Source of the DNA: Fistulifera solaris
Lineage: Eukaryota
NCBI GenBank assembly: GCA_030295235.1
Contig: AP026124.1
Coordinates: forward strand, 1,612,001-1,676,000
DNA length: 64,000 bases
Direction of reading: 5' to 3'
Both the position numbers and the translations under genes were made by a program. Positions 11,197 to 23,329 of this stretch are shown piece by piece; position 1 is the first letter of the stretch; each line of letters opens with the position of its first letter. Below the pieces are notes generated by a model. The model did no database searches. It was not told the DNA's origin and worked only from the letters and a program-made list of their open reading frames with translations.

Positions 11197-13306
11197 ATGA
11201 CAATGATGGGAACGACCACAACAGCATCACAAGCATGGGCTATATTATCACGACATGCGCGTGAGGAAATCAGTTTGCTTCGTCTGCAAGAACTCTGTCG
11301 CGACAATGATCGCGTCTCTTCCTTGGTCTCTGTTTACAATACGACATTTACATCCAACTGTCGATTGGAGAAAAATGTTGAAATTATAGAAAATAGAATA
11401 TTGATTGCCGATTTGTCGCGGCAGCGCATGACTTTGGATACACTCAATCATTTGTTCCGATTGGCTGCTTCCACCAATTTACGAACCTTCATCACACGTC
11501 TCGCGTGGGGACAAAACAATCCATCTCATCCCATTCTTCCCGTCCGTGTTCAAGCGAAACGTCCGGCAATGACACAAAACAAAGATGACACTACGGCTAC
11601 GATCCCATCGATGCATTTCGCTATGCGGGCACCGGCCGGTAAGTCCTACGAAATGCTCACGAAAGATGGCACCAACGCGTTGACGGGGATACATCAAGAA
11701 TGGGAACGTATCGAACGATACTCCAATTCCATTCGTAGAGGACATTCGCGGGGAATTTCGGGTCACATGATACGTGATGTGGTCGTGGTAGGCCAGGGAG
11801 TGCCGATGGCCGCATTGCAATTCATCTACTCGGCCTTGATTCGCGATGAACGGGCGTGTGTCTTTCGTCGAGTGGGACTCTCGGATAGCTCTACCACCGC
11901 GGAGCGGATACGGAGGAATTTGGCGGGTGTGACTGCAGGGGGCGGTGCTAGGCAAATGCACTTTTTGACGCGCGTGGATCCGGTGACAGCGGCGGCCGTC
12001 GTAGCTGATCTCGATCCTGCTTCGACATTGGTGATTAGTATTGCTTTGAACGGGAACGAAGAGACGGGATTGGCTACTAAAACTCTCAAAACCTGGTTGC
12101 TCAACGCTTTAGCTAAAAGTGGACGACCCGACCATATTTTGTCGAAGCACATGATGTTGGTGACCGGCAATGACGACATTGCCAATGTGATCAATAAGCC
12201 CGAAAGCGTACACATTATTCCACAACATTCAAGATGTGAAGCTTTTTCATCGACCTCTGCTGCATGTTTATTGGTAAGTTTTCATTCCTTCAACGTTGAT
12301 TGAGAAAACTGCAATATCTCAAAGTCAAAATCGCATTGTGCTCGTTAAGCCACTCGCTGTAGTATTCGGGTGGTCTGTTGTTGCTGATTTTTTAGCGGGA
12401 GCTCATGATATGGATAGACATTTTGTTGATACAAATATGAGACACAATCTACCTGTTTTAATGGCCCTCGCAGACATATGGAATGAGTGTCTGTTGGGCT
12501 TACCTACAAGGATATGCACGCCTTTCTCCCCAGGAATGGTTGGCTATCCTGCTTTTGTAGCGTCTTTGGAAGCGCAAACATGTAGCAGGGAACAAACCAG
12601 CTCAAATCAGTTCATTCCAACAGGCGAGCTCGCATTCGAAGCGCGACCCAAGGACAAACATCACTCTGGTTGCTCTGCCTTGGTTGTTGATGGTGGAGTT
12701 CATGGTATCTATGATAGGACAGTGTATCAATCGTCAACTGTACTCAACAATGAACTATCAGTTGTCATGGACAATCAACTGGAGTTCAATGTATCGCGCT
12801 CGATCGGTGCCACGATTATGGATGATATGAAAGCAGCCGATGACGCAACCATCTGTTCTATTTTTGCTCACGCTGACGAAATGGCGTTCGGAACCGGAAG
12901 ATCTGAATCAGAAATTTTCAATCAATCTCCTGTATCGACACCGCACGGCATAGCGCAATCAATTGGACTAGGCGCGGATAGAACAAAAGGCAATAGACCC
13001 AGTATGCTAGTTATAACAGGGAAGCTTGATGCGTTTGCTTGTGGCCAAATGGTGGCCCTCGCGGAGCATCGAGCTGTAGTTAAAGCACACATTTGTGGTT
13101 TAGACCCCTTTGTGCGTGATGTTGGTTCGTCGTTGCGAAAGAATCGCTCGGAAATGTTAAAAGATGAGCTCGCTAATATCCGTACCAGAAGCGCTTCCGG
13201 AATCACAACAGAGGAAGAAACAAACGGTGGAAATAATAACGCTTTGATCCTTTCTACGCGTACTATCTTAGAGCACTATGCCAGTTTGAGTTTTTCGACT
13301 GGATGA
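11197..13306 (+). CDS. Divergent glucose-6-phosphate-isomerase-like (double SIS fold) protein, probable pseudoenzyme; intron 12274-12349
   Basis: PGI-like segments: DLSRQRMT..TL..L..LA, MHFAMRAP, IRDVVVVG, VDP...LDPASTLV, FLAGAHDMDRHF...NLPVLMAL, GNRPS, GQMVALAEHRAVV..GLDPF. Catalytic motifs are altered. Confidence 0.8.
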
Positions 13307-15098
13307 TCAATCAAGACGACGCGAGAGAAGAAACGGAAGAGACAGGTTCCATGGAACAGTAGAACCCAAAGGAACGGAATGTAGGTGCCCGAGTTGTTCA
13401 GAATGGGATCCCGACGGGAACGTTACCAACATGTTGGATGACGTAATGCATGCCTTGATTCAACATTTGATATCGACGTGTGCTCTGTTCCTCGGCACTT
13501 TGTCGGTAACTGGGAAAAAATGGCGTGAATTTCTAGGCACAAAGCGCAACAGAACGAGTGGAGCAGAAACAAGAGCAAATAACAACGACTTACAAGCAAC
13601 ATACATGAGTTCGTGTGTCATGACAAACAATTGCTTAAGACAAGTGAGTATCAACCCGCACGACCACAAACCCGCTGGAGCACACGAAATCAGACAGTGT
13701 CAGATGGAGGAGCTTCTTCCGTTGTCCTTACCCTCCCCGCGCGCATCCTTCAGTTGTATTTATATAGTAATTACAATTATTTGGTTTTGAAATGAACAAG
13801 TGTTAGCATGTAGGAGTTGTGGTATACATTTTTCATTGTGCTGGGACATATGAGGGACCCTTGCGAGTGCCCGTAACCGCTAACCTATTTCTAGGATAAC
13901 TCATAAGCACCGCAAGAGCTCCGAAGACGTTAAGCAGATGTCAACAAGCGATCACAGACGCCCATGTATCCGGTTGGGAGCGGAAAGGCGAATGTGGCTT
14001 TCATAAGCTGCTCAGCGGGTGAACCCCAAACCCCGCTCAACCGTTACCATTGCTTCACCAATCATCGGCGCACACAGTTCTTCGGCACGCCTCATGGATC
14101 CCACAACTCAGGTGAAGAACTTTTCCCACCACAATGCTCCAACTGCGTGTTTTCCGGTGAGGCAGGAAGCCTCGCAAACAGGCAAGCGAATCGTCGAGAC
14201 GACACGAGATTGCCCTTTCGCGAGACGACTCCTCCTTCCTCGGGACATACGCACCACAACCCTTCATGCGCTCCTACTTTGTATTCAACCATACGGTCCC
14301 AAGCTGTGATCGCAGGCCACAGCTTTGGCAACAACTGAATACGGGGAGGACATCAAACCTCTCCCAGTCGCCTTCGAGAGGAGATGTGAGAAGAAGAAGA
14401 ATGCAGCGAAAAACAGAGAGGAACATAAATTCAGCGATGCTTCTCCTATCGTAAAATCAAAATCAGTTTGTGTTCACAAACTTAATTTAAAATTATTTAG
14501 AAGAAGCTTTCTAAGTACTCGGAGTATTTCTGTCTCGAGCAACGGTTTTCTCCAAATGTTGGGATCCCACGACCCAGGAATGAATGTCACGGTATACGCC
14601 TCTGGATATTTTTCAATAAGGATGAATGCAGCTGCGAGCCCGGCCTGCTCGTATCTCACAGGCGAAATACGCGTTTGAAATTTAATTGGAACAAGGGGGA
14701 AATATTGGTACCAGGTAATGGATGTCAAGTCGTCCATTGGAGGCACTTTACGTGCCTCGACGATGATGCTGCGTGAGAGCAGACGATGGATGTTTCGTTT
14801 TTGTTTCAATCTTGTTCTTTCAACCGCAATGCTTTGATGTGTTAATTGTGTGTGTGTCTGTGTCTGCTTATTGTCGGCGGACGACCTCCATGATCTCAGA
14901 ACTCGAAATTCACTCGACTACGGTATACTGGTACTCTCGTAAAGGTGTGTTCGATGAATAGATGCTTGCAAAGATCGCCCCTGATGCGTTCGTCGAAAAA
15001 CAAATGTCGTGGCATCACAGGAGAAAACGGAGAATTTAAACGGACGTAATGTTCTTGCTATAAGCGTGTGTGTGCTGCAGCAAATCAAGCGAGAATTT

Positions 15099-17283
15099 TT
15101 ACAATCGAACTTCTTCTCGTCCATGGTCGTCACTTGTTCCTTTCATCTGCCAGAAAGGATCAAAAAGCCCCCAACTCCTACTCGAAAATCTATCGATACT
15201 CTTGTAAAGGGAGTGGCATTTGAATTCACAAAATGTTTACATGATGAGCCATGAAAGGGAAATGATCTGACCCGGTAGAGCAGCAACAGGATGAAAATCT
15301 TCTGCACCGGGTTGGGTTTCACAGTATAGATCGACTTTTGTAAGAGTCCTGTCCGTGACAGGAAGCCAAAGTTAAGCTCACCATTCTGGTGACCATATTG
15401 TGCATCGTCGTGTGCTTTGACTTGCGTCCAAGCAGGCCCAGGTTGAAGACGTAATGTTGGAGGCCGTTGGTAGTAAAGGTGACGTCCTGCTGGTTTTCCA
15501 CAACACCAGCGGATACTAGGCGTCTCTTCAGATAGGGCAATACAACCTCCAAAAGAAGTTTATCGAAGAGATCCAGAAACTCGGTGTCTTCCGCAATGAA
15601 ATCTGAAAGATATTTTTGAGCACTTTCGCACTGCCCCCATTCACCTCACGCCACGTCGATGGTAGAGCTACAGCGAAATCTTCCAAACGAAGTTCTGTAC
15701 TTTCCGTCGAACGAAAGTCTCCTACAATGTTTGAGTCGCATTTTGAGAGCAATCGAATCAGCGCTCCCTTCAGATCATACTTTTCCAAGTCGTAATCGAA
15801 CACATCTTCTTTTCGGACGTCATCCGGAAGCCAGGTTGTACCGGTTTCTTTCCCATCGCTGTTTTTGGGATTTGGATTATGTTTTCGTTTGAACGGTGCA
15901 AACTTCACGCGATGCGCGGACGATCGAAGCGTGGGTATGCCAGATTTGTAAACGAACGCCGATAATCCCTCTTCGTCTTGTGGCTTGTTTTTCGCGTACG
16001 GGTCTACATCTACGGATGATGCTTCTATCCTTAACACCGCCTTGAAATTGTTGGGCACACAATAAATGACGCCGTTGTTGGCCACCACTCCGCCTTCCCA
16101 CTTGGCTAACCCTTGCACAGGGGACGGCAATAGCCACGTCGTGACATGTTCGGACCTGCAATCAATCTGGAGAACAGTTTCAGCTCCCAGCGGTATAGCA
16201 AACACCATTCGCTTATGCTTGAGTGTCAATCCATTTTGCCACTTGTTTTGACAGATGCGCTCCATCTGTTGATCAAAAATATTCGGGCCGATATTGCGAG
16301 CGGTCCGCGTTGCCGTGTCTACTTGGAGTACATATTCGCTCCCGCTGGGAAAGCAGTAGACTTTGCCATCCGTCCCCGTCATGGCACCCAGATACTTGTA
16401 CTTTCCATCCGTTCGATGGCGTCCGGTTTGAATCGCATCATTCGTTACTTCCGATAATATCGGTTCCGGATCGGCTGGTTCAACGAAAAGAACTGAATCA
16501 GCATTCGCTGGAACTGCAACGATCGTACCATCGGGTGCGGCCGACGCTCCGTGCCATTTGTGACCTCCATTGCCATAATCTCCGTGCAATGTAATTTTAT
16601 CAGGTGCCATGATGCGTAAAACATGAGGGGGAATTGTGAGGTATACCATAAATGGCTCCATCTTGTTTCCCAACCACTCCTCCGTACCATTTGTAGCGCC
16701 CCGGCAGCGGTGGACCGATCAGAGTCGTAGCATCTGTCTTGGGATCGATTTTCAGAACGTGCAATGCCGATTGAGGGATACAATAGATACACCCATCCAC
16801 TGGAGATATAGTTCCACCATGATATTTCCATTCTTGTTGACGCTGAGCGGCCGCTAATTCTACATCATCCGCATAGAACGGTTCGTACGGAATATCTATT
16901 TTTCGCACTTGTCCTGTAGGCACGTGTATCTTCAAAACTCCATCGGCGTGACACGGCAAACCGTAAATAACTTCGCCGCATCTAATTCCTCGTAACCATT
17001 TGAATTTTCCCGGCATCTTGGGACCCATGAGTGTCACTCGATCCGCCTTGGTATCAATCACCAAGACTTGCGGCGCATGTCCCGGAATGCAATAAATCTT
17101 TTCATCACATCCAACTTCCGCCCCAAGATACAATGACTGCCCCGATAATTCTTCGTCACACCACAAATACGTGAGACGCGGTCCTCCTTGCGCACGATAA
17201 TCGACATTATCCTCCGGAATTGTTTTCGGTGTTTGGGTTTGAGGATACGACCATCCCTCCGGTTGGGCGACTCCCAAAGTCAT
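15099..17283 (-). CDS. Eight-repeat beta-propeller-like protein fused to a C-terminal 2OG-Fe(II) dioxygenase-like (StrG/PhyH-like) domain; several homopolymer frameshifts
   Basis: Eight repeats of K(W/Y)xGG..DGxIYxIP..A..VLxI(D/E). After correcting frameshifts the C-terminus reads FYYQRPPTLRLQPGP..KAHDDAQYGHQNGELNFWLP...FHGSSCKHFVNSN..TRVSIDFR, ending in TAA at 15099-15101. Confidence 0.75.
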
Positions 17284-17832
17284 GGAAACATCCAGCGCCG
17301 CGGAAAAGATCGGCGACGCCACCACCACCACCAATAAGAAGCGAGAAAGTGACAGCGTAATAGCTTCGCTGTAATTGATACTAATCTACTGATATCAGTT
17401 AAGTTAGGTTACCTGGTACCTTGCTCTTTCACGCGTTACTCTCATAGTTTTCTTTCTGTTGTGCAGTGGTGGTTGGAGGACTAAACGTACGGAGGACGGA
17501 CAAGTTTGCTAGCTGCTCTGCTCTATCAGCTCCTCGATGCAGCTAATTACTTTATCTGGTAGCTTTCTTCTGACGCAGGATAGCTCTTGCTTTCGAAAGA
17601 GAGACAGCTTGTTCATCCAGTATGCACGACGACTTAGCAGTACCATAAATAGTTTTGATATTCTGTGTTGAATTAACGCCTGTCAATTTAGGAGCTTATT
17701 CTTTTCTAACGTTAGTCAGAGGGACCCCTACAGTCTGACGCACAATGTTGCATGATTCTTGATCAAGAGCGAGAAGGCTAACACCGGCGCCTTCTTGATA
17801 AGCATAAGACGTTGCTATCGATTCTTCAAAGC

Positions 17833-18560
17833 TCACAATCGATTTTCTTCTGTATACAACAGATGGGTCTTGTAGTCAACACCCTCCGCATCCCAGCCTT
17901 CGGCACGTAGTGCGTTCGCAATAAAGTTGATGCGCTTTCCATTGACTCCAAAATCAAGGTAGCCAATACGACTGCTGGATCGCACTTGCACCGAGCGTTC
18001 GGGAGTACCCGGAATCACGGCAAATTCAACATCGTCAATGTATCCATTCTTCAAAGCTTCGTATTGCACATAAATGTAGCCTTTCTTAGCATCGACTGTC
18101 TTGATTTCAAATCCACCTCCATCGACCCCGTTCTGACCCGGCGTGTACTTCTTCAAGACTTGTTCGAGTTGCAAAAGGCCGTCTCTTGATCCTTGTCTTT
18201 CGGCCAAACGAATGCAGGTATTGAGTGATCCGGATCGTCGGGAATAGTGGAAGAGAAGCAGTTTGGCGCCGGTCCGCATCCTTTCAATCCAACATACTCT
18301 TCTTGGTCGAGACTTTGTCGAGTTGCCACCCCGAGATCGTTCGGCTGGGGGCCCCGTCGTTTCGGCCGATCTTCGTACTTGTTGGAGATTTTGTTTTCAA
18401 ATGCTTTGGCGGGCTGCGCAGTTGATACAAGTCCTCCCGTGATCCACAGCAATGCCTGTCGCCGCGGCAAAGTTGATTTCGGGTCGGAAGGCGGCATCGA
18501 CCAACTGACGCAGTGAACTATGAGCAAGTATAGCGAAGAAATCTGTAAAGCAGTCTTCAT
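17833..18560 (-). CDS. DUF1499-family protein, probably targeted to the thylakoid lumen; frameshift near 18175
   Basis: Signal peptide, twin-Arg LPRRQALL...[40 protein letters not shown]. Confidence 0.8.
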
Positions 18561-18938
18561 ATTGGATGTGATCTCTTTTCTTCTTTTGAAGTAAAATCTG
18601 TCTTAGCTTGCTCTATCACGAGCAGGAAGCAATGATTATGTATGACCTTAGCACTATTATCCATCCATTCATTGCATTCATCCGATTCTCGTCATCAAAG
18701 AAGAAGGACTGAAGCATCATCATCATCATCATTACAATTACGTGGTAGCTATCGTTAACCTTAACGGGGACTACCGACAGCGAAGGATAGAGTTACGGTA
18801 CTTGTACAAGGTACGACGAGGATACTTGGGGTACCAGGAAGATCAATTGAAAATTGAAAGAATGCCCCCAACACGAGCGACTACCAGGTACCTGCGATTA
18901 GAAACAGAACACCAGCATTCTATTCAGTTTCACAATAT

Positions 18939-20331
18939 CTACAACTTAGCGATCTTTGCCAAAAGAAGCCGCTATCGCTCAGCATTTGCAATGATTCCAT
19001 ATTGTTGCTGCGAGATAATTTGGGTACGAAGCGCACTGTCCCCGGTATGCTACCTTCTTTCACGATTTCGTCCCATCCCTGTTTCTCACATTCATTCACT
19101 CCAGCACAATCGAAGGAAAGTTCGATGACCGATGCTTGGGAAGGATACGTATCAAGAAGCCATTTCACTACTCCTTCATTCTGATCCTCAGAAAGTGAAC
19201 ACGTCGAATACACCAAATGCCCTCCTTTCTTTAACAACCGAAAGCCGTTCGACAAGAGAGATCGCTGTAAGTCAACAAGTCTACGAAGTTCTTCTTCATC
19301 TGTCAACACAGGAATAGAGAGTGACTCGGATGTCTCTGGTATTGTCGTACCGACAAAAACACCGGCTTGCTTTGCCAGCTGTCTCCGAACATGCTTGAGC
19401 GAACCGTCGGTACTACATTCAACGTCAACAAGAACACGGTCAAAAAGCTGAATAGGTATGTGACTCAGCGAACGCTTTCCATCTTGATGCGTATGACGAT
19501 CAACGTCGGCTAGTTCCTTGAGTCGCTTTCGTTCCCGCCCTTTCGCACTCTTGTTTCGACGCTTTCGCCCTTCGTCATGAACGCATTGTTCCATGCTTAC
19601 AGAGGAATCAAATATCAAGTGGGTTGCCCCGGATCCAAATGTAGTGCCATCATTGTGGTATAGTCGAATTCGTACGTTCTTTCCTTCATTGCTGCCAATG
19701 TAGGGAACTACTTGATGCTTTTCGATAATTTTCCGGCAAGTCGACAAACGAGCTTCCGAACAGTCAACACCAATCACCGTAGCTTCCTCGGAAATATCCA
19801 AAAGAACATTTTTCCGTAAGTAATCCGAAATGGCACATAATTTCAAACCAGGGGCACAGCACAGGTCAAGTATCCTTAAAGGTACCTGGGGTGTTTTGTT
19901 GTCCTTAATACGATCGCAGTACGTAGACAATAACGCAGCAACGGCTGCTCCGGAACTAACCTCCTGTCCATAGATTCTCCCTTCTTTGTAGCAAGGTGAT
20001 TGTGACAGTCTAAAATCCCCCTGGTAGTGAATAGAAACCGAAACTCTTGTGCAGCCACGAAATCGGATGGGGATATTTAGAATCTTGCGGCAGTTTTGTC
20101 TTTCGAGAAAGGAAAGAGTGAATGAGATTTTTGCAGATCTATCGTATATCTTATCAAATGACTCACCTTGAGAAGTTTGAGCGTATCGTCACCATCAAAG
20201 GCAGGATTTAGTCGGATATGCCGGTCGGAAGGGACGAGTTTTTCCTTTAAAAGATCGTTCACATCAATGCCAAATTGCGCATAGTAAGCTTTTAGCTTTT
20301 CCGCGTGATCCGCCGCATGTGTCTCGGACAT
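18939..20331 (-). CDS. NOL1/NOP2/Sun (RsmB-family) RNA cytosine-C5 methyltransferase
   Basis: ILDLCCAPGLK, FDRVLVDVECSTDGS, LVYSTCSL..DQNEGVV and terminal SGFFLAK after a frameshift. Intron donor at about 20167. Confidence 0.85.
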
Positions 20332-20757
20332 GAAATAAACCAGAGTAGCGACTGTATTCGATGCTCGGAAATGAAAATAGACTATACTTGGCTGTTTATT
20401 GTTTCTCTTGATATGTACAAGGTAGAATGGAATTTTGTTCATTCTGCGCTTCGTCCTCCGCCCAGGCTATTTGTCGTTCCGTGTTTCATTTCACGTAGCA
20501 ACGTCTTGCTACGACATAGCGTAGACCTCTACGTCCTTTTACTACCAGACGAAAGGCTTGGTCCCGGACCTCGTTCTCGCTGTTCTGCGACGGATGCATT
20601 TCGTTTTCAACGTCAACCAAGATGCTCATTTCGCATGCACATGCCTCTTCCTTGCGTGAACTCTTTGATCTCTTCATTCTGGTCAAAGCTATCGCATTTT
20701 TATTCATATTAGTGTATCGAATTGCTTCTTTTGTCGCTTGAAGAAGACTACACCATC

Positions 20758-23260
20758 ATGGCTCGACTGAGCGAAAAGAATCGCAAAACGAAAAACCCAA
20801 AGGTCAGTTCCTCGCAAAATGACAACGACGAGGTAACAAATGACGAACCCGAAGTATGGGATGTCATCAAGGTCATAAATCCTAAAGATGATGACAAACC
20901 GACTTGTCGTTCGAAACGATGCAAGAAAACTGCCGTGGCGGTCTGGGCCGCGAGTCGCCAGCCGGAGGACACCTGGCCCGTTTGTGAGAAGTGTCAACTA
21001 GCCGAATTCGGTGGATGGCCCGAGGGCGTCGAACCCCCGGAAGATGACGACAATGAGCCAGCCGGAACGGAGAAAGAAGACGCAAACAAAAAAAACGACC
21101 AAACGCTCCGTGAGTCCCGAGAAAGCCGCTGACAGCGGTAAACCTAACAGCAATGACGAAACAACTACTCCTACAGACGAGCAATCGAAAGGCGCTGACG
21201 AAGAAAAGTGGAAATTGTCCGAGATTTTGTCCAAAGAGGATTTGACTGGACGCGGTCACCGCAAGTGTATGAGAGATGATTGCAAAAATCGGGCAGCGTG
21301 CGTTTATGTTTCGACGAAAACTCCAAAAGAAAAGTGGTATACGTGTCTTGATTGTCAGGTAAGGAAGCAGCCCCACATTGCAAATTGTTAAGTTTTGACT
21401 TTAAAGAAACTTTTACGCACGTAACTCCCAGGAATCAGATTTTGGTGGATGGCCCGATGCTAACGAACTACCGGTCAGTGTTATGACAGATGAACATAAA
21501 GACGCGCTGCTCAAGCATTGTGCGAGGAAATCCAATGTTGAAATGCCTTTTTTTGGATCGAAAACTCCGAGAAACACCGGCAAGATCCGGGCTATCAGTC
21601 CCGACATGGCTGACGAAAACGGCGCCAATGATCCAGACACGCCAGAGCACGATGGAGACGACGAATCGGAGGCCGAAGAAGTTTGGGACCTCGTGAAAAT
21701 CATCGGTATCGACGCTCTATCAATTGATAGTCCGATCAAGTGTTCAACTGAAACATGTCTACTCCCAGCTGCCTGTGTCTATGTTTCATCGCAAGCTCCG
21801 ATGGAAAAGTGGTACACGTGCCTCGACTGCCAGGTAAGTCTTTCTCACTGCAAACAAAAACTACTGCGATGTTGAAACACAAATTGACAGTAATTATGCC
21901 ATCGTTCGCAATCCAGGAAAAAGATTACGGTGGATGGCCGGATGTCGACGATCTCCCGGTCAAGTCCCTTTCCGATGAGCATCAAAAAGTCTTAAAAGAA
22001 AAGTGTTCGAACAAGCCAAACATCAAAATGCCCGTATTCGACCCGAAGACGCCGAGCGACAAAAGCCAGCAGCAGATTACTAACAATTTTTTCTCTTTTG
22101 ATGATGCATCGGACGGTACACAGTGCGGAACTGGTGATGATATCAACCTCGTTTCACCCGTTCCGACGGTCCCTGACAAAGCAAAGAAGCAACCCAGCAA
22201 GGAGGCCTTGGCATTGCACAAGAAATGGCTTGAGGAGGCGGAAGCGCTGGGAGGACCTGGTGCTCGAATCATTGTCAGCAAACCAGCCGCGAAGGACAAG
22301 ATATTTGAAACGATGTTTGATGCTTTCCGTCCCATGAATATCACTGAAATCTTCCTGGTAAGTCGGCAGTCTTCTATTTTGAAAGTGTCCTCTGAACACA
22401 CTGCTCATACAAAAACTGCCAATGAAATTTACAGGTTCATAAAGGGGCTATTCCGAAGCCCGTTTTGAAATCGTGTTTGGACGACATGGTCAAGGGCAAG
22501 ACCAATCCTTTCGACGATAGTGATTCAGAAGAGGCCAATCGTGATCATTCCGATGACCAACCCACAGCCTCGGATCACTTCGCAGGTTCTCTGTTTCTTA
22601 AAGCCGGGAAGAGTTCGAACGCGTCTGTTTACTATGTCGATTACAGCAAGGCAAAGAACGGCAACGGACTTGATGCCGATGAGCGCAATGACCTTTACGC
22701 TGATAGTACCCAAGCTGTGCTGGAGGAAGAAGACCTCCAAAACAAGATCCGATCTACGAAAGATCGCACTAAGGAACTCTTGTCCCAACCGACAAACGAA
22801 GAGCTTGTTGTCCGTCTTGACGACGCTGAAGCCAATCTCCTATCGATCACCAAGAAGGTGGAAGAGGCACGGCAGCTGAAAGTGAACGAGAAACATAAAG
22901 AGCAGACAAAACGCCGGATTGAGCATTTTGCTTCTGAATGGCGCAAGCGTCTTCGTTTGACGATGGATTTCCTTCACACGATGGAAGAAGTATCCGATGG
23001 CATGGTCAGTGCAAAGAAGTGTCTTTCTGGTGACGGACAGATCGAGATGGATTCAGATGAAGTAGCTGTGAAACAGGCTGTCGCGCTTGCAAAGAAAAAA
23101 GCATTCCGGTCCTCCGCGGCCATTGAAAAGACGCAAGACCAAGGAAACGGAAACCAGTGATGGTATTGCCCCGAGTAAAAACTTTGTGGCGGTTCGTCTA
23201 AACAGCCAAGGTCGAGTTGAGCGAGTTCTCCTTGACGATGGAAATGATGCCGATTCTTAA
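20758..23260 (+). CDS. HOP2: HOP2/TBPIP-like meiotic recombination protein with three N-terminal Cys4 repeat modules; introns 21359-21431, 21834-21916, 22358-22434
   Basis: Winged-helix-like KIFETMFDAFRPMNITEIF...PKPVLKSCLDDMV...KAGKSSNASVYY, then a coiled coil with L.SQPTNEEL and EWRKRLR..DF. Frameshifts at A-runs near 21090 and 23100. Confidence 0.6.
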
Positions 23261-23329
23261 CTCAAAACTTCAAGGTACATTGATCTCCATAGCCCATGGA
23301 TATAGGTGACTTTTTCCATACGACATTAC

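Noticed and set aside
13430..15050. Several short ORFs between the PGI-like gene and the propeller-dioxygenase gene
   Set aside because: No recognisable motif or consistent splice model; could be a decayed gene or element but I cannot support a call.
15099..16700. Programmed ribosomal frameshifting as the cause of the broken frames
   Set aside because: Breaks coincide with homopolymers across many unrelated genes, so sequencing error is more parsimonious.
18715..18733. (CAT)n microsatellite
   Set aside because: Short simple repeat with no further structure.
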